Of a DNA stretch of 64,000 nucleotides, positions 1 to 8,576 are shown piece after piece. The position numbers were made by a program, and so were the translations under genes. The notes beneath the pieces are model-generated. The model worked only from the letters and a program-made list of their open reading frames with translations, made no database searches and was not told where the DNA came from. Source of the stretch: Cellulomonadaceae bacterium. GTDB lineage: Bacteria; Actinomycetota; Actinomycetes; Actinomycetales; Microbacteriaceae. Within the stretch, counting starts at the first letter, position 1. Each line of letters opens with the position of its first letter. The stretch is taken from NCBI GenBank assembly GCA_038118225.1, contig JAYOHK010000004.1:4773-68772 (forward strand), written 5' to 3'.

Positions 1-857
1 AACGAGTAGCGAAGCGGAGCTTCACGCTCAATTACCAAGCTCACGCGGCGGGTGGCCTCTATGAGTTCCTGAGTGTTAACCACTGCGTAGTTGTCGGTGA
101 CTTCAGGGAAGAGACGCTGTACCGGGGGGAATGATCCCTTAATCAACAACGACGTGACCGTTTTATCTCCTGCACTAAAGGCTACGAGCTCGCGATCGCC
201 ACCCGTTGCGATTGTCACTGTCACCGAATCAGCGTGAGCGAATGTTTTACCTACCTCCGAGAGTGTGCGGGAGGGGACCAGTGCACTGACATCGCTCATT
301 GATTCCGAGGAATTCCAGTTAATGGCACGCACCGCGACGCGGTATCGGTCAGTGGCCATCATGGACAGCTCCGAACCGTTGAGGTGAAGCAAGACACCGG
401 TAATTACTGGGGTGACATCATCACGTGATGCTGCAGGACTGACCTGTGCAATCGCATCGGAGAAATCAGACCCTGATACTTGTCCGACTTGACCTGATAC
501 TTCGGGAAGTTGTGGGTACTCCTCCAATGGCATGGTGAGCAAGCTGAACTTCGCAGTTCCACAGGTCACTCGAATCGATGACCCATCCAGTTCAAGAGTC
601 ACGTCTTGCTGGGGCAAACGCTGTGCAATGTCGGAGAGGAGACGACCAGAGACCAATGCTGATCCGGGGGTTGCGACATCTGCAGAAATAGTGGTGCGAG
701 CAGAGACCTCGTAGTCGAATGACGAAAGGGTCATTCCCGAACTATCAGCGGTGATGAGGACACCAGAAAGAATTGGCAAGGTGGTGCGCTGCGGTAGCAA
801 TTTCACAGTGAAGCTAACTGCTTCAGCGAAGACATCGCGGTGGACAGTGAGTTTCAC
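1..857 (-). CDS. dnaN: DNA polymerase III beta sliding clamp (5' part; runs off window start)
   Basis: Not in the ORF track. Manual reverse-strand translation from GTG at 857 gives MKLTVHRDVFAEAVSFTVKLLPQRTTLPILSG..., later ATDRYR; lies directly downstream of dnaA. Confidence 0.96.
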   Translation of the reverse strand, partial: MKLTVHRDVFAEAVSFTVKLLPQRTTLPILSGVLITADSSGMTLSSFDYEVSARTTISADVATPGSALVSGRLLSDIAQRLPQQDVTLELDGSSIRVTCGTAKFSLLTMPLEEYPQLPEVSGQVGQVSGSDFSDAIAQVSPAASRDDVTPVITGVLLHLNGSELSMMATDRYRVAVRAINWNSSESMSDVSALVPSRTLSEVGKTFAHADSVTVTIATGGDRELVAFSAGDKTVTSLLIKGSFPPVQRLFPEVTDNYAVVNTQELIEATRRVSLVIEREAPLRYS

Positions 858-1172
858 GACAACCGGCCCCTTTCAACGTAGGTCACACGATTCTGTCACA
901 GCCTTTGGCTATCTCCCCAACCGTTGGCGGAGGACCATTTCTATATACGTAAGAGATAACAGTAATAACCACTGTGGATACCGTGGATAAGTGGATTACT
1001 TTCCCGAAAACTCTCCTGAACTACATTCGTGGAAGATGTGTGATTTGCCGATAATTCAGTGTGAATAGCGCGGGTAGGGATAAGCCGCCTTGAACTGTTA
1101 TCCACAGGTAGACATAGTTATCCACATGTAAATAGGGTTCTCCACACTCACTTACACAAAGAGTGGGGAAAT
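858..1172. other. oriC: Replication origin oriC (dnaA-dnaN intergenic region)
   Basis: AT-rich; DnaA boxes TTATCCACA at 1098-1106 and 1118-1126, TTCTCCACA at 1138-1146, tandem TGTGGATAC/CGTGGATAA at 973-990 preceded by trio-like TAA-CAG-TAA-TAA at 957-968. Confidence 0.93.
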
Positions 1173-2573
1173 TTAGAAAACCTGCCGAGATTTGATCTTG
1201 GACGTCAATTCGGTGACTTGGTTATAGACACTGCGCCGTTCTTTCATGAGTTCGCCAATTTTCTTATTGGCGTACATCACGGTGGTGTGATCACGGTTTC
1301 CAAAGAGTTGGCCGATTTTAGGAAGTGACAAACTCGTCATTTCTCGACACAAATACATTGCGATCTGTCGCGCCTGGGCAATCAGTGCTGAACGGGAAGA
1401 CCCATAGAGGTCTTCAACAGTCAATTCAAAATATGACGCGGTTTCACTGATGATCTCAGTGGGTGACACAACGTTCGCCTCTTCACTCAAGACCAGGTCT
1501 TTCATGACCGTGTGTACCAATGCCATGGAGACCGGTGATTTGTTGAGGTTTGCAAAGGCGGTGACTCGAATAAGTGCACCTTCAAGTTCACGAATGTTCG
1601 TGGAGACCTTAGAGGCCATGTATTCCAAAACATCGTCACTAATGTTTAAACCGTCGCTCGCTGCTTTCTTCCGCAAGATGGCGATACGCGTTTCGAGGTC
1701 GGGTGCTTGAACGTCAGTGATCAAACCCCATTCGAAGCGGGTGCGCATGCGGTCTTCGAATCCGGTGAGCTGCTTAGGCGGGAGATCACTGGTGACAACA
1801 ACCTGTTTGTTGTGGTCATGCAGGGTGTTGAAGGTGTGGAAGAAGGCCTCTTGAGTCGAGTCTTTTCCTTGTAAGAACTGGATGTCATCGATTAGGAGGA
1901 CATCTACTTCGCGGTAGCGGTTTTGAAACTCGTGTGAACGGTTATTGGCAATGGCGTTAATGAAGTCGTTGGTGAATTCTTCACTACTGACGTAGCGCAC
2001 ACGAATGCCTTTGTAGAGATTTTGTGTGTAGTGGCCGATTGCGTGAAGAAGGTGGGTTTTACCTAACCCAGAGCCGCCATAAATAAAGAGAGGGTTATAC
2101 GCCTTGGCAGGAGCTTCCGCTACCGCAACTGCAGCGGCGTGAGAGAAACGGTTAGACGGTCCGATCACGAAGCTATCGAAGGTGTACTTGTCATTGAGAC
2201 GAGTCAGCTGCGGAGAGCTAATTGGTTGGGTGTCAGTGTTATCCCACACATTAATCATGGGGTCGGGCATCGGAGCAGATTCCAGTGAGCGCTCACGGGC
2301 TTCAATATTTGGGTTGACCGTCAGGACGAAATTTTGAATCTCGTTGCCTTCGATGCTCTCCATCGCCGAAATAAGGGGAATGCGTACACGTTGTTCCAAC
2401 ATGCCCCGGGTGAGTTCGTTGGGGACTTCGAGATATAACACTCCCTGGAGCACCCCGCGGGGCTCCACCAAGTCCAGAAACCCGCGCAACTGAGGGGTAA
2501 TCCGGTTATCGGTGGCGAGGTGGGTTAAGACAGCCGACCACAACTGGTCGACGTCGAAATCCGACTCTGCCAT
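1173..2573 (-). CDS. dnaA: Chromosomal replication initiator DnaA
   Basis: YNPLFIYGGSGLGKTHL Walker A, LLIDDIQF Walker B, RDHTTV domain IV; ATG at 2573 with SD-like GGAGGGG preferred over the track start at 2600. Confidence 0.99.
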   Translation of the reverse strand: MAESDFDVDQLWSAVLTHLATDNRITPQLRGFLDLVEPRGVLQGVLYLEVPNELTRGMLEQRVRIPLISAMESIEGNEIQNFVLTVNPNIEARERSLESAPMPDPMINVWDNTDTQPISSPQLTRLNDKYTFDSFVIGPSNRFSHAAAVAVAEAPAKAYNPLFIYGGSGLGKTHLLHAIGHYTQNLYKGIRVRYVSSEEFTNDFINAIANNRSHEFQNRYREVDVLLIDDIQFLQGKDSTQEAFFHTFNTLHDHNKQVVVTSDLPPKQLTGFEDRMRTRFEWGLITDVQAPDLETRIAILRKKAASDGLNISDDVLEYMASKVSTNIRELEGALIRVTAFANLNKSPVSMALVHTVMKDLVLSEEANVVSPTEIISETASYFELTVEDLYGSSRSALIAQARQIAMYLCREMTSLSLPKIGQLFGNRDHTTVMYANKKIGELMKERRSVYNQVTELTSKIKSRQVF

Positions 2574-2586
2574 GTCCCCTCCAACC

Positions 2587-2668
2587 TGTGGATAACGCAA
2601 GCTTTTACATTAGTGCCCGAAGATGCACCGACCACAATCATGTACCAAAAGCAGATTTCTGTGGATAA
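2587..2668. promoter_or_regulatory. DnaA boxes in the dnaA upstream region (autoregulation)
   Basis: Perfect TGTGGATAA at 2587-2595 and 2660-2668. Confidence 0.85.
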
Positions 2669-2776
2669 CTATTTTTTGGGGTTTGACCTGGCCATGGTTT
2701 GGCCCGTATCCTGATGTGTCGGTTTCGAACAGTCTTTCCTGGCAGATCAGTCAGGACACCGCCAGGAGTTATCTAG

Positions 2777-2914
2777 ATGTCAAAGCGTACTTTCCAGCCC
2801 AACAATCGCCGTCGCGCGAAGACCCACGGTTTCCGTGCCCGCATGCGTACCCGCGCCGGTCGTGCGATCCTCGCTGCCCGCCGTCGTAAGGGCCGCGAAG
2901 AACTCTCCGCCTAA
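2777..2914 (+). CDS. rpmH: 50S ribosomal protein L34
   Basis: Manual translation [45 protein letters not shown] (45 aa, below track cutoff); AGGAG SD. Confidence 0.98.
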   Translation: MSKRTFQPNNRRRAKTHGFRARMRTRAGRAILAARRRKGREELSA

Positions 2915-2928
2915 GTCGGTGAGCCAAG

Positions 2929-3261
2929 GTGCTCCCCCTGCAGCACCGGATCAATCACAGCGATGATTTCCGTCGCGTATTTCGGCGCGGAAAAAAACAC
3001 CACTCAGATCTCGGGTTAATCGTGGTTACCCCAGCTGAGGGGCCAGCTCGATTGGGAGTAGTGGTCTCGAAAGCTGTCGGCGGGGCGGTGGTGCGAAACC
3101 GAGTCAAGCGTCTGGTGCGCGCAGCGTTCGCGCAGCTCCTGCCCGAGCTTGGGTCTGTCGATGTGGTGGTGAAGGCAGCAGCGAGTGCCAAAGAAATGAG
3201 TTTTAATCAGGTTGTTGATGTGGTGGCGGCGGCCACCCCCCATCCCAGGGACACCCAGTGA
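2929..3261 (+). CDS. rnpA: Ribonuclease P protein component
   Basis: RLGVVVSKAVGGAVVRNRVKR motif; synteny. Confidence 0.97.
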   Translation: MLPLQHRINHSDDFRRVFRRGKKHHSDLGLIVVTPAEGPARLGVVVSKAVGGAVVRNRVKRLVRAAFAQLLPELGSVDVVVKAAASAKEMSFNQVVDVVAAATPHPRDTQ

Positions 3262-3563
3262 GCGCCGTTGGCCGGTGGCTGGCCTTGGTCCCGCGTAATG
3301 CAGTAATTGGCTTTCTGGTCGCGTATCGAAAAGTAATTTCGCCACTTTATGGGCAGGTCTGTCGCTATTACCCGAGTTGTTCGCTCTACGCGCTCCAGGC
3401 AATTCAGTATCATGGGGCACTCCGGGGCATTGGTCTTGCTGCATGGCGAGTACTGCGGTGTAATCCGTTTTCTCGTGGAGGGATTGATGATCCGCCGGAA
3501 GGTTTACGTCCGTATCTTGAATTAACCAAGCACGGTTTTGTCCGCCCAAAGAAAGAGGTCTAA
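3258..3563 (+). CDS. yidD: Membrane protein insertion efficiency factor YidD
   Basis: CRYYPSCSLYA...RVLRCNPFSRGGID motif. Confidence 0.96.
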   Translation: MSAVGRWLALVPRNAVIGFLVAYRKVISPLYGQVCRYYPSCSLYALQAIQYHGALRGIGLAAWRVLRCNPFSRGGIDDPPEGLRPYLELTKHGFVRPKKEV

Positions 3564-3566
3564 CCG

Positions 3567-4610
3567 GTGGGAATTATCGACACGATTCTGTGGCCCATTA
3601 GATGGGTCATCGAAGCTATGTTGGTGGGCTTCCACCGCGCCTTTGAGTACTTAGGACTTGAGGGTGGTTCGGGGCTGAGCTGGGTCCTCGCAATTACCGT
3701 GCTGGTGCTCGTCGTTCGCTCCGCGCTTATTCCGGTGTTTGTGCGCCAGATCAAGAGCCAGCGCAAGATGATGGAGATTTCTCCAGAACTGAAAAAAATT
3801 CAGGATAAGTACAAGGGTAAGAAGGACCAGTTCTCCCGCGAGGCAATGAGCCGCGAGACCATGGCCTTGTATTCCAAGGCGGGCACCAACCCGTTCTCAT
3901 CGTGTCTGCCGCTGCTTCTCCAGATGCCAATTTTCTTTGCCTTGTTCCGTGTGCTCTCTGAAGCCGGCCAAGGTAACGCCGGTGTGTCCTTTATGACGAA
4001 AGACTTTGCGATTCAGTTTGGAACCGCAGAGCTTTTTGGTATGGCTCCACTGAGTGCAACCATGCAGACCGCGCTCAACGGGGAAGCGGGTTTGGAAAGT
4101 GCTAAGGCGATCGCTGTTGCCGTAATCGCTGGCGTGATGGTGGTTCTGATGTCTGGTTCGCAGTTTGTGACCCAGCTGCAGATCATGTCGAAGAACCAAT
4201 CGGACGCGATGAAGGAATCTCCGATGTATCGCCAGCAGCGCATCTTGTTGTACATGCTGCCTTTGGTGTTCTTGTTCTCTGGTGTGTTCTTCCCGCTTGG
4301 TGTGATGTTCTACTGGCTCGTTTCGAACTTCTGGACAATGGGTCAGCAGTTCCTGGTCATTCGCAACCTGCCCACGCCGGGCAGTGAGGCCGAGCGCGAG
4401 CGCAATGCTCGTATTGCAAAGCGCCGCGAGCGTCGGGGACTACCCCCTCTCGACGAAGTTGCAAACGACACCCCAGAACCTCCGAAGCCCGCCCAGCGCC
4501 AGCAGCCCGTGAGCAAGTCGCGCGCCAAAAAGAAGGGCAAGCCCGCTTCCAAGAAGCCAGGCGATGATCAAGCTCCCCCCGCTGGATCCCCAGCGAAACC
4601 GAAAGGATAG
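3567..4610 (+). CDS. yidC: Membrane protein insertase YidC
   Basis: NPFSSCLPLLLQMPIFFALF and YWLVSNFWTMGQQ; basic C-terminal tail. Confidence 0.97.
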   Translation: MGIIDTILWPIRWVIEAMLVGFHRAFEYLGLEGGSGLSWVLAITVLVLVVRSALIPVFVRQIKSQRKMMEISPELKKIQDKYKGKKDQFSREAMSRETMALYSKAGTNPFSSCLPLLLQMPIFFALFRVLSEAGQGNAGVSFMTKDFAIQFGTAELFGMAPLSATMQTALNGEAGLESAKAIAVAVIAGVMVVLMSGSQFVTQLQIMSKNQSDAMKESPMYRQQRILLYMLPLVFLFSGVFFPLGVMFYWLVSNFWTMGQQFLVIRNLPTPGSEAERERNARIAKRRERRGLPPLDEVANDTPEPPKPAQRQQPVSKSRAKKKGKPASKKPGDDQAPPAGSPAKPKG

Positions 4611-4615
4611 GTCTC

Positions 4616-5086
4616 GTGACCGACACCACCACTACGCCCGATGAGGGCGAGCTCGCTGCTGATTACCTAGAAGAGCTGCTCGACATTGCCGATCTCGATG
4701 GCGACATTGAAATCGAGATCAAGAACCAGCGCACCTACTTGAGCGTTGAGTCAGAAGACTCCGATGACTTGCGTGCGCTGTCCAAGCCAGATGTTGTGCA
4801 GGCCCTCCAGGAGCTCACCCGGCTCGCAGTGCAGCAAGAAACCGGAGAGTTCTCACGCCTCATCCTCGATATCGCAGGGTCACGCAAGAAGCGTGAAGAC
4901 GAGCTTGCTGAGATCGTTGACGCAGCTGTCGCCCAGATTGAGGGTGGAGCAAGCCAAGCAGCCCTCCCCCCGATGAGCAGTTACGAGCGCAAGCTCGTGC
5001 ACGACATCGTGTCTGAGCGTGGATTCCACTCGGAATCAAACGGTGAAGGCGCTGACCGCCACACTGTGATTACTGCTGCCAAGTAG
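4616..5086 (+). CDS. jag: Jag/KhpB (EloR) family KH + R3H RNA-binding protein
   Basis: PMSSYERKLVHD R3H motif; position after yidC. Confidence 0.92.
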   Translation: MTDTTTTPDEGELAADYLEELLDIADLDGDIEIEIKNQRTYLSVESEDSDDLRALSKPDVVQALQELTRLAVQQETGEFSRLILDIAGSRKKREDELAEIVDAAVAQIEGGASQAALPPMSSYERKLVHDIVSERGFHSESNGEGADRHTVITAAK

Positions 5087-5089
5087 GGA

Positions 5090-5746
5090 ATGTTTCACGT
5101 GAAACATGTCACGGGCGAGCCGGAGCCAGAAGCAGCAGAGCTGCTCTTTGGCCATACGCTCCCCATTGCCCGGCAGTTTTACGAAGACCTGCTCACCTAC
5201 GGCGAAGAACTAGGCCTCATTGGTCCCCGCGAAATTGAGCGACTGTGGACCAGGCACATCATCAACTCCGCAGTGCTCTCCCCCCTTGTTCCCGAAGGAA
5301 CACTGGCCGATGTGGGTTCGGGTGCGGGCTTCCCGGGACTAGTCATCGCAATTATGCGACCCGATATTCAGGTGACGCTGATTGAGCCCATGGAGCGCCG
5401 CGCGCTCTGGCTGGCGGATGAAGCAGAACGCTTGGGGCTGAAGAACGTGGAAGTGATGCGCGCTCGAGCTGAGGATGTGCCGAAGTCCAGGACGTTTGAT
5501 GTGGTGACAGCCCGTGCCGTGAGCGCGCTGAAAAAGCTTGTTCCCATGACGAGACCATTGGTGGCTCCGGGTGGTCAGATGGTGTTTTTGAAGGGCCAGC
5601 GTCTCGATCAGGAGATTACTGAAGCGGCAAAGCAGCTTGTTTCTGCGGGATTTGCCTCTGTTGAGGCCCTTACCGTCGGCGCGGAGTGGAAAACGGAAGA
5701 GACTCGCGTATTTCGGGCTACTCTTGAGGCTGTCCACGGTTCATAG
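5090..5746 (+). CDS. rsmG: 16S rRNA m7G527 methyltransferase RsmG (GidB)
   Basis: DVGSGAGFPG SAM motif, LWTRHIINS, VTARAV. Confidence 0.97.
   Translation: MFHVKHVTGEPEPEAAELLFGHTLPIARQFYEDLLTYGEELGLIGPREIERLWTRHIINSAVLSPLVPEGTLADVGSGAGFPGLVIAIMRPDIQVTLIEPMERRALWLADEAERLGLKNVEVMRARAEDVPKSRTFDVVTARAVSALKKLVPMTRPLVAPGGQMVFLKGQRLDQEITEAAKQLVSAGFASVEALTVGAEWKTEETRVFRATLEAVHGS
5091..5106. promoter_or_regulatory. parS: parS centromere site 1
   Basis: Perfect consensus TGTTTCACGTGAAACA. Confidence 0.96.
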
Positions 5747-5753
5747 CGTCAAA

Positions 5754-5769
5754 TGTTTCACGTGAAACA
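5754..5769. promoter_or_regulatory. parS: parS centromere site 2
   Basis: Perfect TGTTTCACGTGAAACA inside a 22-bp palindrome (5751-5772) just upstream of parA. Confidence 0.96.
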
Positions 5770-5784
5770 TTTCCTGGGAGAGTA

Positions 5785-6666
5785 ATGAGTCAATCCTTCG
5801 GCCACACCCCTTTGGCCGACGAGCTCGCCTCCAATAGGACCAGGCGCGAACGCCTGGACGCCGCGACGTGGCCGCTTCCCCCACGCACTCGCGTGGTCAC
5901 CATCGTGAACCAAAAAGGTGGGGTGGGAAAGACCACAACGGCCGTCAATTTGGCCGCCGCGCTTGCTCATAACGGGGCAAAGGTGCTCGTGGTGGACCTC
6001 GATCCTCAAGGAAACGCCTCTACGGCACTGGGAATCGAACATCACGCAGAGGTTCAAGGAACCTATGAAGCACTCGTGGGCGACGTGTCAATGCCACGCG
6101 TCGTGGCACAAAGCCCCAATTCGCCGTCGCTGTACTGTGTTCCCGCCACGATCAACCTCGCCGGCGCCGAAATCGAGCTGGTGTCGGTCGATCAGCGCGA
6201 ATATCGGCTCAAGAAGGGCATTGATTCGGTGTTGGCGGCACATTCCGCCGAGCCATTCCATTACGTCTTTATTGACACTCCACCATCGCTTGGTGTTCTG
6301 ACCATTAACGCCTTTGTCGCGGCGACTGAAGTCCTCATTCCTATCCAATGTGAGTATTACGCGCTGGAGGGCTTGAGCCAGTTGCTGGGCACGATCGACC
6401 GTATTCGCGAGCACCTCAACCCAGGGCTAGCACTGAGCAGCATTGCGTTGACGATGTTTGATGGCCGCACCAACTTGGCCCACCAGGTCGCAGAAGACGT
6501 GCGAAGCCATTTCCCCGACCAGGTGTTGGGTGCAATCATTCCCCGTTCGGTGCGCATTAGTGAAGCGCCCAGCTATGGACAGTCAGTAATTGAATATGAC
6601 CGCAACTCTCCCGGGGCTCTGGCGTACGCCGAAGCGGCCCTTGAGTTTGCGCAGAGAGGACAGTAG
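5785..6666 (+). CDS. parA: Chromosome partitioning ATPase ParA
   Basis: NQKGGVGKTTT deviant Walker A, DLDPQGN, PIQCEYYALEG. Confidence 0.98.
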   Translation: MSQSFGHTPLADELASNRTRRERLDAATWPLPPRTRVVTIVNQKGGVGKTTTAVNLAAALAHNGAKVLVVDLDPQGNASTALGIEHHAEVQGTYEALVGDVSMPRVVAQSPNSPSLYCVPATINLAGAEIELVSVDQREYRLKKGIDSVLAAHSAEPFHYVFIDTPPSLGVLTINAFVAATEVLIPIQCEYYALEGLSQLLGTIDRIREHLNPGLALSSIALTMFDGRTNLAHQVAEDVRSHFPDQVLGAIIPRSVRISEAPSYGQSVIEYDRNSPGALAYAEAALEFAQRGQ

Positions 6667-6671
6667 CGACA

Positions 6672-7619
6672 ATGGCAACCAAACGTGGTGGTCTCGGCAA
6701 GGGCATTGGCGCCCTCATTCCTACCCAAGCACCTGTTGTGGAAAGCGCGACTGATGTGTTCTTCGGAAGCGATCAAGAGCCCGATCTTGCCGCGATTCCA
6801 GGCGTGCAATTGCGCGAAATTCCCATCGACCAGATTGTCCCCAACCCCCAACAGCCCCGGCGTGAGTTCCGCGCAGAAGAATTGAGCGAACTGACCCACT
6901 CGATTAAGGAATTTGGCGTATTCCAGCCGATCGTGGTGCGCCCTCGCATCACTCACGGCGTGATCGATGCCTCGTATGAGCTGGTCATGGGTGAGCGCCG
7001 GCTCCGTGCGTCTACGGCTGCTGGTTTGACCATGATTCCCGCAATCGTTCGGGATACTGCAGATGATCAGATGTTGCGCGATGCGCTGCTGGAAAACCTC
7101 CACCGCGCCGACCTAAACCCCCTCGAAGAAGCGTCCGCCTACCAGCAGCTACTGGATGACTTCGGTAGTACGCAGCAGCAGCTTGCTGACCGATTGGGCC
7201 GCTCCCGACCTCAGGTGACCAACACGCTGCGTTTGCTGAAGCTCCCCGAGGACGTGCAGGCGATGGTGGCAAGTGGAGTGTTGACCTCCGGTCACGCCCG
7301 CGCGCTGTTAGCCCTTGATGACGCGGCTGCGCAGCGTCGTTTGGCCGACGACATTGTGAAGAAATCACTCACGGTGCGTCAGGCAGAAGAATTGGCCTCA
7401 ACAGGGGGCCCCAAGCGCAAAGCAGGCTCAAACACCCGCGCGGGTGGCCGCCACGGTCAGCTCGACGAGGTCGCTGAGCTCCTAGGAGACCGCCTCAACA
7501 CGCGTGTGGCGATCTCGCTGAACAAGACAAAGGGTCAAATCACTATCGATTTCGCCACTGTGGCAGATTTGAACCGAATTCTCGGTGAAATGGGCGTGGA
7601 AGGCTACGGCCAGCGCTAA
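6672..7619 (+). CDS. parB: Chromosome partitioning protein ParB
   Basis: GLGKGIGALI N-terminus, GERRLRA, ENLHRADLNPLEEA, HTH. Confidence 0.98.
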   Translation: MATKRGGLGKGIGALIPTQAPVVESATDVFFGSDQEPDLAAIPGVQLREIPIDQIVPNPQQPRREFRAEELSELTHSIKEFGVFQPIVVRPRITHGVIDASYELVMGERRLRASTAAGLTMIPAIVRDTADDQMLRDALLENLHRADLNPLEEASAYQQLLDDFGSTQQQLADRLGRSRPQVTNTLRLLKLPEDVQAMVASGVLTSGHARALLALDDAAAQRRLADDIVKKSLTVRQAEELASTGGPKRKAGSNTRAGGRHGQLDEVAELLGDRLNTRVAISLNKTKGQITIDFATVADLNRILGEMGVEGYGQR

Positions 7620-8564
7620 TTAGCGCCTCGCGGCTTGGTCTGCGAGGGCCTTGTAGACGCCACCGACGTCGAAGCCTGCTTGATCGAGCGCTAATGCGAC
7701 CGTTGAGGTCTCGGTGAGCCCCGGCATGACGCTTGCTTCGAGGAACCATGGCGTCCCTGCTTCGTCGATGATGAAGTCAATTCGGGAAAGGTCGCGAAGG
7801 CCCAGGGTGTTGTGCGCGAGCAATGCGTGTTCTGCTGCTGCGGCAAGTGTTTTCTCGTCTCGTCTGGCGGGAGAGAAGAAGCGGGTTTCGCCGGCGGTGT
7901 AGCGGGCTTCGAATGTGAAGTGTCCATTGACCGGGTCAATTTCCACACTTGGCAGCGCGGTAGGGCCATCTCCGGTGTCGATAATTCCCACACACACCTC
8001 AGTGCCGATGATTTGGCGCTCCACGAGCGCGTCGTCGGAATAGGTGAAAGCGTGAACCATCGCTCGACGAAGCTCATCCAGTGAATTCACCCAGCTCACG
8101 CCTTGAGCAGACCCGCCTCGTGATGGCTTTACCACCACCGGGAATCCAAGTGTGTCGGAGACCACTTCGAGGACGCTTTCTGCGCCGAGCTCGCGGAAGG
8201 CATCGCGGCTTAAGCTAATCGACTCTGGTGTGGCGACTCCCGCTCGCTCCACCATGGTCTTTGCCGAGGGCTTGTCCCAGGCCAAGCGGGTCGCAGCGCT
8301 GGGCGAGCCGACATAGGAAATGCCCATCATTTCGAGGAGTGAGCGAAGGGCGCCGTCTTCACCACTGGCACCGTGGAGGACGGGCCATACGACGTCTGGT
8401 TTATCGGCGAGGAGCTTTTCGACCAGGGTGGCGTCTGGGTCGGCGATGGTCACGCTGGCACCATTTGCCTCAAGACCGTCGGCGACCAATCGACCAGAGC
8501 GTAAGGAGATGTCGCGCTCGTGGGAGATTCCTCCGGCGAGTACTAACACAGACGGCTTCGACAC
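7620..8564 (-). CDS. D-alanine--D-alanine ligase family ATP-grasp protein (divergent)
   Basis: GGISHERDISLRSG, LHGASGEDG, VVKPSRGGSA, RIDF..LEASVMPG. Confidence 0.88.
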   Translation of the reverse strand: MSKPSVLVLAGGISHERDISLRSGRLVADGLEANGASVTIADPDATLVEKLLADKPDVVWPVLHGASGEDGALRSLLEMMGISYVGSPSAATRLAWDKPSAKTMVERAGVATPESISLSRDAFRELGAESVLEVVSDTLGFPVVVKPSRGGSAQGVSWVNSLDELRRAMVHAFTYSDDALVERQIIGTEVCVGIIDTGDGPTALPSVEIDPVNGHFTFEARYTAGETRFFSPARRDEKTLAAAAEHALLAHNTLGLRDLSRIDFIIDEAGTPWFLEASVMPGLTETSTVALALDQAGFDVGGVYKALADQAARR

Positions 8565-8576
8565 AGTGAGTCCTTC

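Noticed and set aside
532-990. Short + strand ORFs 532-714 and 751-990, and the many antisense or alternate-frame ORFs in the track
   Set aside because: They shadow dnaN/oriC or other well-supported genes and have no recognisable motifs
7613-7626. Perfect palindrome GCGCTAATTAGCGC
   Set aside because: Explained by two convergent genes both ending CGC-TAA; no loop or U-tract
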